Assembly (NCBI GenBank): GCA_041739995.1
Contig: JBGSMV010000040.1
Location: 96,211-160,210 of the forward strand
Length of the DNA stretch: 64,000 nt
From: Bdellovibrionota bacterium
GTDB taxonomy: Bacteria > Bdellovibrionota_C > UBA2361 > JBGSMV01
Reading direction: 5' to 3'
Shown here: positions 10,306 to 19,625 of the stretch, in pieces
How positions within the stretch are numbered: position 1 is the first letter of the stretch
Layout of the letters: the number at the start of each line of letters is the position of its first letter
The notes under the pieces: generated by a model
Told to the model about the DNA's origin: nothing
The model's input: only the letters and a program-made list of their open reading frames with translations
Database searches by the model: none
Translations under genes and position numbers: made by a program

Positions 10306-11282
10306 GTGACGCTCATTAATGAGTTAGAGGTGAGAGCACTGACTACAAGAGCGCAAGCCAGCAGGAATCCAAACATCAAATGCAGCAACGCCGCACGCAT
10401 TAGGATCACATTGTACTCACGACTCGGCTCGGTGCGATAAACTTTGAGAACCACCCCGATCGCTAAGGGAAGTGCGAGCAAAGGCAGAAAGCGGACGATC
10501 GTAGCCTCCCACCACCACAATCCCAAAATGAAGGGCGACACTGCCGCCACTGCAATTTCAACCCGCGCGCCTGAACGCCCGAGCATCACGGCTAGGGTTT
10601 TCTTTCCGACTGCGCGATCGCCTTGGATGTCGCGCAAGTTGTTTATTGCTATGAGCACCACCGCCGGAAGGCCGACCTGAATTCCGGCAATCAGGCCATT
10701 GACGGGCACCGCTCCCACGAGAAGAAACGCAGTGCCAAGCACTGCGATGACTCCAAAAAAAATCAGCACAAACAAGTCCCCAAGCCCATGATACGCGAGC
10801 GGATAGGGTCCTCCGGTATAGCAATATCCAAACAGCAAAGAGGCTATTCCAATGACTAGAATCGGCAGCCCTCCTGCCCACACCAGCACTGCTCCCGAAA
10901 CCAGCGCGATGCCAAAAGATAGATATGCGGCACGAAACACCTGGCTTGGAGAGAGTAGTCCCTGAGCGGTAACTCGCACGGGACCCAAACGGTCCGTGGT
11001 GTCGGCCCCCTTCTTGAAGTCAATCGCATCATTGAAAAAATTAGTACCAATTTGAATCGCGAGGGCGCTCACTAGCACCACACCAACTAGCCACCAATGT
11101 AGGTCGGTAGTCTCTAAAGAATTGGCACCATGAAGCATCGCTACTGCTGCGCCAACTAGCACAGGAATCGCCGCCGCAGTTAATGTCTTTGGACGCGCCG
11201 CAAGAATATAAGCCCTCAAATCGCTCTGCCGAGACGCGAGCGCTTTCGATTCGACTATGTTCTGTATTGTCTGTGTTGCCAT
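10302..11282 (-). CDS. menA: 1,4-dihydroxy-2-naphthoate polyprenyltransferase
   Basis: AARPKTL, NFFNDAIDFKKGAD, YTGGPYPLAYHGLGD and NNLRDIQGD motifs. Confidence 0.96.
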   Translation of the reverse strand: MATQTIQNIVESKALASRQSDLRAYILAARPKTLTAAAIPVLVGAAVAMLHGANSLETTDLHWWLVGVVLVSALAIQIGTNFFNDAIDFKKGADTTDRLGPVRVTAQGLLSPSQVFRAAYLSFGIALVSGAVLVWAGGLPILVIGIASLLFGYCYTGGPYPLAYHGLGDLFVLIFFGVIAVLGTAFLLVGAVPVNGLIAGIQVGLPAVVLIAINNLRDIQGDRAVGKKTLAVMLGRSGARVEIAVAAVSPFILGLWWWEATIVRFLPLLALPLAIGVVLKVYRTEPSREYNVILMRAALLHLMFGFLLACALVVSALTSNSLMSVT

Positions 11283-11327
11283 CTAAATCGCATCAGATCT
11301 TAGAGCGGAAGAAATCTTAGGAAGAAA

Positions 11328-12188
11328 CTAAGGCAGTCGCTTGAACTTTCCAAAATCTGGCCGCCGCTTCTGCACGTATGCATCTCGACCCTCCTGGGCT
11401 TCCTCACTCATATAGTAGAGCAGGGTCGCATTACCAGCGAGGTCAAGTAGTCCCATCTGGCCATCACAGTCGGCGTTCAGCGCCGACTTTAAGCAGCGCA
11501 GCGCCAGCGGTGAGAGCTCTAGCATTTCACGACAAACTTTTAATGTTTCTGCTTCAAGCTGAGCGAGTGGCACCACCCAATTCACTAAACCCATTTTAAG
11601 CGCCTCGGCGGCATCATACTGTCGACACAAGAACCAAATTTCTCTGGCTTTCTTCTGCCCTACGATGCGAGCGAGATAAGAACTTCCCAGTCCTCCGTCA
11701 AACGAGCCCACGCGCGGGCCAGTCTGCCCAAATCGCGCATTATCGGCCGCCACAGTGAGATCGCACACCACATGCAGCACGTGTCCCCCACCTATCGCAT
11801 AGCCTGCCACCATCGCGACGACGGGCTTCGGCAAAGAGCGAATTTGCTTCTGAAGGTCTAAAACATTTAGGCGTGGCACTCCGTGCGGGTCAGTGTAGCC
11901 AGCATTTCCTCGAATACGCTGATCGCCTCCGGAACAAAACGCTTCGTTGCCGGCGCCGGTTAACACCACTACCCCAATGGACTCGTCGTCACGCGCCAAG
12001 TTGAAGGCGTCCAGCATCTCCGTCACGGTTTGTGGGCGGAACGCATTGCGCACTTCTGGGCGATTGATGGTTACTTTTGCCACACCATCTTCGGTGCACT
12101 CGAACTTGATATCTTCGTAGTCTTTAAGGGACTTCCACATAACGGCATTCCTCACGGGCAAATTACTAAGGTCGCTTGAGGCAGCCAT
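11328..12188 (-). CDS. menB: 1,4-dihydroxy-2-naphthoyl-CoA synthase
   Basis: [31 protein letters not shown] and [13 protein letters not shown] motifs. The ATG at 12188 has an AGGAG RBS. Confidence 0.98.
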   Translation of the reverse strand: MAASSDLSNLPVRNAVMWKSLKDYEDIKFECTEDGVAKVTINRPEVRNAFRPQTVTEMLDAFNLARDDESIGVVVLTGAGNEAFCSGGDQRIRGNAGYTDPHGVPRLNVLDLQKQIRSLPKPVVAMVAGYAIGGGHVLHVVCDLTVAADNARFGQTGPRVGSFDGGLGSSYLARIVGQKKAREIWFLCRQYDAAEALKMGLVNWVVPLAQLEAETLKVCREMLELSPLALRCLKSALNADCDGQMGLLDLAGNATLLYYMSEEAQEGRDAYVQKRRPDFGKFKRLP

Positions 12189-12396
12189 TGTGCTCAACTC
12201 CTGGCTTAGTTTCAAATCCGTGCGCAGGTATGCGGTACGCCTCTATTGGGGCGTCAAGTGCATGGATGTACTTGGAAATTTCTGATGCTCGGAGCGCGCC
12301 GGGCTGCACTGGCTGTAACAAACCGTCGCCCCCTAAGGCGAAAGCTGCCGGGAAAGCACCTATCAGATTACAGTTAGAGAACCTACTGAAAAACAA

Positions 12397-12472
12397 CCCT
12401 TAGTGGTTTTCGTGGTCTTAGTGGTGCAAATAAACTTTGGAAATGGGCCGAAGTTTGATTAGACCACGAGGG
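12397..12472. repeat. REP-like 9-bp periodic element (same family as 1520-1595)
   Basis: CCCTTAGTGGTTTTCGTGGTCTTAGTGGTG is the reverse complement of the 1565-1594 motif with 2 mismatches. Confidence 0.7.
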
Positions 12473-12497
12473 TAAAGCGCGGTTCAGATTCCAAAGA

Positions 12498-14225
12498 TTA
12501 ACGCCCGAAGCTCTCGAACTCGTTCCAAAACGCGGCTGTAGCTTCAGGGTCTGGGCGAGCCTCTACTACTAGACGCGACGTATCGCGGCTGAACTCGCCT
12601 TTCCCGCTCCAAGTCTCAAAACTCATGCCCCACATTTGCGCCCAACCGGCGAATGACGTGTCGTGCTGGTTAAGAAACGACGGAGACTTGAACATGCGAG
12701 AGAATATCTGGCCGCCACCGTTGTGGATCACCACGATACGAATCGGGGCAGCGGTCACAAGACGCAGCGCCCATGGGGCACTCAAGTCATAAAGTGCGGT
12801 GAGGTCCCCAAGTATCGCCCAGCGCTCGCGCTCATCTCTTCTCTCTGCGGGAGAGTCTTCTCCGGCGCATAACCCAAGAAAAGTAGAGAGCTGCCCGTCG
12901 ATTCCATTCGCACCTCGACTGACCGAAAACGCTCGTGGCGGGGGATCTAATTGCCGCGCCAAATCCCATTCTCGTACCGGAAGGCTATTTCCAAGATAGA
13001 TCAACGCGTCGCTCGGGATACGCCGATCGAGTTGCCGCAACAACCCTGGCTCGCTCTGAGGATAACGCGACAGCAAAGCATCAATGCCCTGTGCCTGTTC
13101 TCTATCACGAGCAAGCAACAACTCAAGCGCACCTTCATCCCGCGCTGCAAGGCTTGGCGCAAAGGACCTCAGGCACTCACCCACAGACGCTACCACCATC
13201 TCCCCTCGGCCCATCCCTACGAATGGTCGATCCGCAACTACGCACACCGGAATATGCCGATACTTCTCATCCAAATCACGCCACACCCTCGGCGCAGGCA
13301 CCCCACCGATTCGTAAGACCGCGTCTATTTGATCGCGCGCCATCAGTCGCGCAACCGAGCTGTTTCCGGCTCTCAACATTAGGTGCGAGATACGCGAAGA
13401 ACTCTGCAACTGAGAACCAGCTTCAGCAAAAACCGGTGCGCGCAGGCGCAATAGAAACTCTTCAACTGCGGCTCGGTCAGGCAACGACAAAGGACCAACA
13501 ATTACCAAGGGAGAGCGGCTCCCTCTCAAAAAACGAGCAAGTCGCTCGTGCGCACCTTGCAGCGCCTCACCGCTAAGAGGATTAAAAAGGACTTGGGGTT
13601 CCTGCCCGACCAACCTCTCTACCGACACAGGCAGTGCGGGATTTGACCGTAACCAATCGTCAATCGCTTTCGATTCTGAAAACGTCGCCGGAAGAACCGG
13701 TTCATCAAAACAAATATTCAGGTGACACGGAGCATTGGTAAAGGAAAACGAATCGGGAATCTCCTCCTTCTCCTCAATGTCGAATCGCGAGGCCACGTAT
13801 GGACCGTACAAAAACTCTTGTTCAATCGCCTGCGGTGCCCCACTGCCGCGTAGTCGTTTCGGACGATCGCTGGTTACTAACACCAGGGCATCGCCGCTAT
13901 ACCAAGCCTCTACCGCTGCCGGTAAAAGCTCAGCACAAGCGGTGCCTGATGTGGTGCACACCGCCACAGGCGCGGCTTTTCCAGAAGCACGCAGCTCGCG
14001 GCACCTTCCAATAGCAAAAAACCCAGCAGAGCGTTCGTCGAAAAACGAATGTACGCGAAGCTGAGGAAAACGCTTCGCCGCAGCTTCTAGCAGCACCACG
14101 AAAGGCGCGTTTCGTCGTCCAGGACAAACACAGAATTCACGTACGCCCTGTGTTATCAGCGCTTCACAAACACTCGATGCAAGTGCGAGAGAGGTGTCGG
14201 CATTCCTTTCAGTATCCGTCTTCAT
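12498..14225 (-). CDS. menD: SEPHCHC synthase (ThDP-dependent)
   Basis: CPGRRNAP, DERSAGFFAIG, TTSGTA, SDRP, GNSLPVR, RGANGIDG and GDL...NGGGQIF motifs. Confidence 0.96.
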   Translation of the reverse strand: MKTDTERNADTSLALASSVCEALITQGVREFCVCPGRRNAPFVVLLEAAAKRFPQLRVHSFFDERSAGFFAIGRCRELRASGKAAPVAVCTTSGTACAELLPAAVEAWYSGDALVLVTSDRPKRLRGSGAPQAIEQEFLYGPYVASRFDIEEKEEIPDSFSFTNAPCHLNICFDEPVLPATFSESKAIDDWLRSNPALPVSVERLVGQEPQVLFNPLSGEALQGAHERLARFLRGSRSPLVIVGPLSLPDRAAVEEFLLRLRAPVFAEAGSQLQSSSRISHLMLRAGNSSVARLMARDQIDAVLRIGGVPAPRVWRDLDEKYRHIPVCVVADRPFVGMGRGEMVVASVGECLRSFAPSLAARDEGALELLLARDREQAQGIDALLSRYPQSEPGLLRQLDRRIPSDALIYLGNSLPVREWDLARQLDPPPRAFSVSRGANGIDGQLSTFLGLCAGEDSPAERRDERERWAILGDLTALYDLSAPWALRLVTAAPIRIVVIHNGGGQIFSRMFKSPSFLNQHDTSFAGWAQMWGMSFETWSGKGEFSRDTSRLVVEARPDPEATAAFWNEFESFGR

Positions 14226-14237
14226 CTCAGTAATTTT

Positions 14238-15344
14238 TTAAACGCCTAGCATGTGGTGCACCGAGTCACGCTTTGCCGCAAGTTCAGCCCATTCGGTTTC
14301 AAGTACGCTTTCTGAAACTACGCCACAACCTGACCCTAGCAATAATTCAAGATTTCCCTGTTGGTCTGCACGCCATTGCACGCCACGAATGGCGATGCAG
14401 CTCTCTGCTGCGCCGTCTGGAAACTGCACCCCAAAGGGAGCACCAAATGATCCGCGCGGCATTTCCTTATCCATATCACGCAGCCACTCCCATCCGAGGT
14501 GCCGCGGGCTGACGCCTAGCGCAGGAGTAGGATGAAGAAGACGCGAGAGTTCGAACACGCCAACCTCGTCCCGTGCGATTACCTTTATCGGGGTCTTTAG
14601 ATGCAGTAGCCGAGGCAGCACCTGTACAGTGGTCTGTTCCACTAACGGCTCACCAATCGACGACAATCGTTCACGCAAATAATCAACCACCAATTGATGC
14701 TCGTGAATCTGTTTTGGATCTCTGGTGAGTGCTTCGTTTCCTTCGTCACGCTCGACTGTCCCGGCAAGAGCACAGGCGCTAATGGCGCGCCGCTCGCGCA
14801 CTGAAACCAGCAGCTCTGGAGAAGCGCCAATGATTCCCCATTGCCCCGTCCACAATCCGTAAGGAATCAGAGGTTCGGGTACTCGCAAAGAACCTAAGAG
14901 CATTTGAGCAAGGTGGGCGGTATGTAGTGGACCAGAAGACCGTTCGAAAGCTACAGGGACGGCCTTGTTCCATCGACCAGAGCGAATTTCTCTTTGCACC
15001 TGAAGGAATCGTCTTCGAAAGGCATGAAAATCAGGAGATTGCCATTCTAGTGGCTGAACTTCGTCGCTCATTTCCATGGCCGATTCGAGCGCATCAATAA
15101 CACTGGCGCGAGTTACGTGTAGGAGTTCCGTCGGGCAAGCCCAGGAACCAGCGCCGGTCGGTCCGCCAGACGAGAGAAAGAAATCGGGGGTATAGAAGGA
15201 TGCTTGTTCGGCGCTCGGCGACGAACTCCATTTGAACTCTCCGAGTCCAATTAGGACGCTCTCAGGCGTGACCCCGTACATCACTCCGTGGGAGAGAAGT
15301 GCAGATACCAGCGCAACATCAAATTCTTGAACTTTAGAAAACAT
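14238..15344 (-). CDS. menF: Isochorismate synthase
   Basis: Chorismate-binding motifs GASPELL, ALAGT, KQIHEHQLVVD, LHPTPALG and GSGCGVV; first gene of the men operon. Confidence 0.9.
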   Translation of the reverse strand: MFSKVQEFDVALVSALLSHGVMYGVTPESVLIGLGEFKWSSSPSAEQASFYTPDFFLSSGGPTGAGSWACPTELLHVTRASVIDALESAMEMSDEVQPLEWQSPDFHAFRRRFLQVQREIRSGRWNKAVPVAFERSSGPLHTAHLAQMLLGSLRVPEPLIPYGLWTGQWGIIGASPELLVSVRERRAISACALAGTVERDEGNEALTRDPKQIHEHQLVVDYLRERLSSIGEPLVEQTTVQVLPRLLHLKTPIKVIARDEVGVFELSRLLHPTPALGVSPRHLGWEWLRDMDKEMPRGSFGAPFGVQFPDGAAESCIAIRGVQWRADQQGNLELLLGSGCGVVSESVLETEWAELAAKRDSVHHMLGV

Positions 15345-15486
15345 AACCTCTACAAGCCGCTCAGTACGTCACTACCAGGAGCGAAGGCATTAATAATACG
15401 GCAGCGCTATTCTCTCCGAAGGGCCTCGCGTGCTACCTAGCAGATGATAGCGAGACTGGTACGCAAATGAAATCTCTTGGGACCGT

Positions 15487-16272
15487 ATGACCGAGGCGCT
15501 TGGCACAAATACCCCTGACCACCATTCCCCTGGTTCCGATTCCTCATGTCCGCAAACATCGGGCGCCACGCCCGCCAGTCGAGACCCGCGCTCGATCCAG
15601 GCCATGTTCGACTCTATCGCCAAGCGCTATGACCTAGCCAACACAGTGCTTTCCTTTGGAATTCATCATTGGTGGCGTCGCTCCCTGGTAAAGGCCAGTG
15701 GCGTTACCGCAGGGGCTTCAGTGCTTGACGCGGCCACTGGCACCGGAGATCTGGCCTTCGCTTTTGCCAGGACTCTCGGTGCCACTGGAAGGGTCATTGG
15801 CGGAGATTTTTCTGAGCAAATGCTTGAGTGTGCACGGGAAAAACAACAAGGCCGATGGCCATGGCTCTCCTTCCAATCCGCCGATGTGATGTCACTGCCC
15901 TTCGCCGACTGCTCCTTCGATGCGGTATCAATCTCATTTGGCATCAGAAATGTAGCAGATCCAGAGCGTGGTCTTTCTGAACTTGCGCGGGTTCTTAAGC
16001 CAGGAGGTCGACTTATGGTGCTCGAGTTCGGCACCGGGTCCAACAATCTTTGGGGAACGCTATTTCGTTGGTACTCGACTAAAGTTCTGCCCGTGATTGG
16101 CGGCCTCGTTACTGGCAAGCCCGATGCCTATCGTTACTTAGAGAAAAGTTCAGCAGGATTCCCCAGTCGGGACGAATTCGCCGCTCTGATCAAACGCTCT
16201 GCGAATTGGACATCGGTCAACTGGCGCAGTCTTAGTGGCGGCATTGCCTTTCTCTATACCGCTCAAAAATAG
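15487..16272 (+). CDS. menG: Demethylmenaquinone methyltransferase (MenG/UbiE)
   Basis: MFDSIAKRYDLAN..LSFGIHHWWR, LDAATGTGD, FGIRNV and RVLKPGG motifs. Confidence 0.95.
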   Translation: MTEALGTNTPDHHSPGSDSSCPQTSGATPASRDPRSIQAMFDSIAKRYDLANTVLSFGIHHWWRRSLVKASGVTAGASVLDAATGTGDLAFAFARTLGATGRVIGGDFSEQMLECAREKQQGRWPWLSFQSADVMSLPFADCSFDAVSISFGIRNVADPERGLSELARVLKPGGRLMVLEFGTGSNNLWGTLFRWYSTKVLPVIGGLVTGKPDAYRYLEKSSAGFPSRDEFAALIKRSANWTSVNWRSLSGGIAFLYTAQK

Positions 16273-16368
16273 TCCGGTTCGCTGCAACCGAACCTACCCG
16301 CCTCAAGGCGATAGTTCGGCAAACTTCGCCCGCGCCTCTTCTTCCACTGCAGGAACGCCTTCTCCGTC

Positions 16369-16551
16369 CTAGGAGTCTGTGCCACAGGTACAAACGACGT
16401 CCCGCCGACTTGTCCCCCGAAGCTTTCCTATCCTCCGTAGCCTTCGCGAGCGAGGAAGCAAAAGGGGAAGCCTGCTCGAATTAAATGGCAGCACAGGCAC
16501 AAGATAGCGAAGGCGGATCCTCATATACAGGGCTGTATTACAGACTCCTAG
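16369..16551. mobile_element. MITE family B, copy 1 (TIR CTAGGAGTCTGT) with a 60-bp nested insertion
   Basis: Perfect 12-bp TIRs. The reverse complement aligns with 60015-60140 apart from an extra segment at 16409-16468. Confidence 0.85.
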
Positions 16552-16674
16552 GAAGAGCACGGAGACTCTGGGGCAAGAACTTCAGCATTTTTGGGAATTA
16601 TCAAGGCCTTTGGCAGGCGCTGCTCCAGAAGTCCTCGTTTCAGTGTATAATTAAGGAGTAACATCAAGGATCCG

Positions 16675-17325
16675 ATGCTCCGACACCTCGCCTTCGTTTT
16701 TAGCATTCTCTTTGGGGTCGCTTCAGTTTCTCCAGAAAACTTACGCGCTGATTCTGAGCCTTGTAGTGACTATCGCTACAGTCAGCATTTTGAAGATCGA
16801 ACTGGCTCTTCGTCGATCATCTCCAACATGTTTGGCTCAGACGATTCGATCAAGGCACAGCTGAGATCTATGCTCGAAGCTGCCGGATTAGCCCTGAAGC
16901 AGATGAAGCCCCCCACAGATCTGTGTCCCGTTCACTGTCAAGCACGCCCAAGTCCACAATTAGAATTTGCTGCTACCCCGCGAAAATTTCTCTCACGCTA
17001 CAGCGACCAGCCGCGCTGCGATCAACACTTCGAAAAGACTTCGATCTTGCCAATAGTATTCAAAGGCGAAGTATTTTCCAGTTTCCAAGACCTTTCAAAA
17101 TCATTCTCTAGTGTGGCGCGCGGTTCGGGTGAAATGGGCGAGAAACTTTATGAACAATGTGACGGCTCCTGCAGTCCGCGCTACCGCATCTATGTGACTC
17201 CACAACCCGGAGGGCTGTTCCTCAGTCATTTAGAAGTTGTGTGCGGCCCCGCACGCGACAAAAGCACTTCGGAGTATAGGCTCTCTACCGCGATCACTTG
17301 GGGCTGTGAAGATCCCTCAAACTGA
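16675..17325 (+). CDS. Secreted Cys-rich hypothetical protein
   Basis: Signal peptide and 8 Cys. TATAAT at 16646-16651 and an AAGGA RBS lie upstream. Confidence 0.8.
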   Translation: MLRHLAFVFSILFGVASVSPENLRADSEPCSDYRYSQHFEDRTGSSSIISNMFGSDDSIKAQLRSMLEAAGLALKQMKPPTDLCPVHCQARPSPQLEFAATPRKFLSRYSDQPRCDQHFEKTSILPIVFKGEVFSSFQDLSKSFSSVARGSGEMGEKLYEQCDGSCSPRYRIYVTPQPGGLFLSHLEVVCGPARDKSTSEYRLSTAITWGCEDPSN

Positions 17326-17566
17326 AGGGGTAATAAGGGCTGACCACAATCAAGTTTTATGGCGAGCGAGGAACTGGCGGTGATCCGCTCAGTTGAGCTA
17401 CTGGAGGAGAGAAGGCCTAAGAAAAAGGTTCACTACAGTGAAGAGTGGAAACCTTTTGGTTAGCAATTTGGTATTCGCAGGCGATGGTGGTCTCGTGCAA
17501 CGTCCACAAAGACGTTGCTTCGCTCACGATCCTTAACTGCTTCCCAGTCTAGTTATTCCGAATGAT

Positions 17567-18283
17567 CTAGTCCTTGGGGACAACAATCGCTACGCCAGTA
17601 CTGAGGGGCTCTCCACCTCTCTTGTACTGTGCGCTAACCATCATGGCACATGCTTCGAACCCTCCGTCAACGCGCTGCCGAAGCAACGGGGCTCCAGAAA
17701 ATCCCTCCCGGAGATTCTTGCCCGTGACAGTTCGAAACCAGACATGGTGGCCAGCATCGATCTCTCGATGCACTTCTGGAACGTCGATGATTTCGATCGG
17801 CGTCCAGTAACGAACCACTTGATTGTCCTCTCGGGTGTACCCGACGATCACCAGTTGCTCTCCAACCCGTGGGGGTTGATCGCTCCATGTGATCGTCAAA
17901 GGATCGGTGAAAAAGGAACCTTGGGTCAGGGGCAGGGTGAGCCTCATTTTGGCCCAATCCTGCCCCTGCCCCAAGCGAGCGATCGTGGAATCCCAGAGGG
18001 CCCACTCACGCTCAAGTCCGTCACCAGACGCGGTAACTGTGTAGATGACCGACGTCCATGACACTTCCGCAGGCCCACTGGATTGTCCACGAGGGATCGC
18101 GTGCGAGACAGTGACAAGGGACAAATCCCCGTCAAGCCAGGCCGTAGAAACCCCAAGAACGGTAACCAGTGGAACCACCGGAATCGAATCAAGCACCGAA
18201 GCCTCGATTGAGAGCTTCGGTTCTTGACATGCGCATCCGGCCAGCAAAAGCAGGCCGAACACGGCGACAAGCCGTGCCCTCAT
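17567..18283 (-). CDS. Trypsin-like serine protease lipoprotein
   Basis: Lipobox LAGC and triad-like motifs VTVSHA (His), QDWAKMRL (Asp) and EGFSGAPL (Ser). Confidence 0.7.
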   Translation of the reverse strand: MRARLVAVFGLLLLAGCACQEPKLSIEASVLDSIPVVPLVTVLGVSTAWLDGDLSLVTVSHAIPRGQSSGPAEVSWTSVIYTVTASGDGLEREWALWDSTIARLGQGQDWAKMRLTLPLTQGSFFTDPLTITWSDQPPRVGEQLVIVGYTREDNQVVRYWTPIEIIDVPEVHREIDAGHHVWFRTVTGKNLREGFSGAPLLRQRVDGGFEACAMMVSAQYKRGGEPLSTGVAIVVPKD

Positions 18284-18305
18284 TGAGAACTCCTTTCCTT
18301 ATCTG

Positions 18306-19082
18306 TCACTCGCCACGCCAGGGGAGCATCCCCCCCATTTCAGGCATGTACACGCCATCGACACGCACGATCACATTGGCACCCGTCGCCTCGGTATGGA
18401 CGACGTCGAGCTGGATGAGGTTGCCGAAGTCGGTGACCGCCGACAAGCTGCCGGCACCAAAGTTCCAGAAGAGCAGATCGGCCATGCCGATGTTGTCGCC
18501 CTTGATGGAGACCTCAGTACCCGCCGGGAATTGCATGCGTCCCGTCGACATCGCGACTTCCGCCTCAACACCACCGATGACCATCTTGGCGGTTGCGCCC
18601 TTCAGATTCTTCGCTTCGAGGGTGAAGTCGTCCTCCACCGTGAAGGAGATCGTCGACCCGTCGGGCGAGAGATTGCCGTTGAGGTTGCTCAGCGGCTTAG
18701 TGGCTGGCGGGTTCGAGCGCTGCCCGGGATTCGGGTTGCGCTGGCCCGGACGGTAGTTGCCGCTGCAGTCCTGTTGGACATAAACCTCACGGTTGTTCGG
18801 ATTAGTCGAGCAGAACACGCAGATCCTGACGTTGACGGTCGTCCCGTCGTCGAGCTTCACTTCCGCCACATAGTCACCGCACGGCTTGAAGCCGTCCGGC
18901 AAACTGGGCAGCCCAGGCGTGGGCGGAAACACCGGCTTGATGGCCGGCGTCGTTCCCCACGGTTGGGTCGTGGGCCCGATCTCGACCGGCGTAGCGCAGC
19001 CGGCGAGGAACGCCGTGAGACCAGCGAGCGAGAGAGTCGAACCAACGACCAAGGCGAGACAGAGCGAATTTCGCTTGAACAT
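18306..19082 (-). CDS. Hypothetical lipoprotein (Pro-rich linker, Cys motif)
   Basis: ATG at 19082 with a GAAGGA RBS, lipobox LAGC, visibly GC-richer codons than the neighbouring genes. Confidence 0.75.
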   Translation of the reverse strand: MFKRNSLCLALVVGSTLSLAGLTAFLAGCATPVEIGPTTQPWGTTPAIKPVFPPTPGLPSLPDGFKPCGDYVAEVKLDDGTTVNVRICVFCSTNPNNREVYVQQDCSGNYRPGQRNPNPGQRSNPPATKPLSNLNGNLSPDGSTISFTVEDDFTLEAKNLKGATAKMVIGGVEAEVAMSTGRMQFPAGTEVSIKGDNIGMADLLFWNFGAGSLSAVTDFGNLIQLDVVHTEATGANVIVRVDGVYMPEMGGMLPWRGE

Positions 19083-19228
19083 GAAACACCATCCTTCCCG
19101 GAAAAAAGGACACAAGAAATGAGACCACCGTGTTTAGGTCCGTAAACCCAACCACGGTGGCCTCAAATTCATTCGGAAATAAAACAGGAAAAACGCTTTT
19201 CTTCACTGCAGCGACCTAGCAATCCCAG

Positions 19229-19275
19229 TAGGCCAGTGCCAATAGGCCAAGTGCCAATAGGCCAGTGCCGATAGG
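19229..19275. repeat. Tandem 14-15 bp repeat x3 (TAGGCCAGTGCCAA)
   Basis: taggccagtgccaa / taggccaagtgccaa / taggccagtgccga / tagg. Confidence 0.85.
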
Positions 19276-19625
19276 ATTGAGAGGTCCGCTGAAGTTCTCA
19301 GCCTTCTACTGTACTGATGGGGGATGAAAGAGCGTGTTGGCGCCACGGTCTTACCTCCGGTCAGATTGAAAATCAAACACTGAATCGGAAATTAAGTTTT
19401 AAAATTGTCTCTTATTTGACCAAGGGGTCTTTGAGAGTGCGGAAGACTTAACTCTTTAAGCTTATTAGATAAAAATTGCTATTTGGGGCAACTTTTCCAC
19501 CTCTCGCCAAAAATTAGCAGCTCCATCGAGCTTTAGGTGCCTATGTCGAAACATTGAAGGGGTCCACTACTCTGCAAAAAGCACCTTTCTACGACCTAGC
19601 GCGTTTGAGGAGAGGCAAAAAAAGG

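Noticed and set aside
12166..12403. Short ORFs between menD and menB as a possible menH remnant
   Set aside because: No alpha/beta-hydrolase motifs (HGFLG, GYSLGG) in a credible context.
16369..16560. Similar short ORFs at 16369-16560 (-) and 59928-60140 (+) sharing VPVLPFNSS..RRDVV
   Set aside because: They are translations of MITE family B, not genes.
17359..17463. 34-aa ORF ending KKVHYSEEWKPFG, reminiscent of an IS3 OrfA start
   Set aside because: Too short, with no flanking IR or further transposase sequence to support it.
18169..19145. Long plus-strand ORFs 18169-18756 and 18396-19145
   Set aside because: They are antisense shadows of the GC-rich lipoprotein gene, which has the RBS and lipobox.
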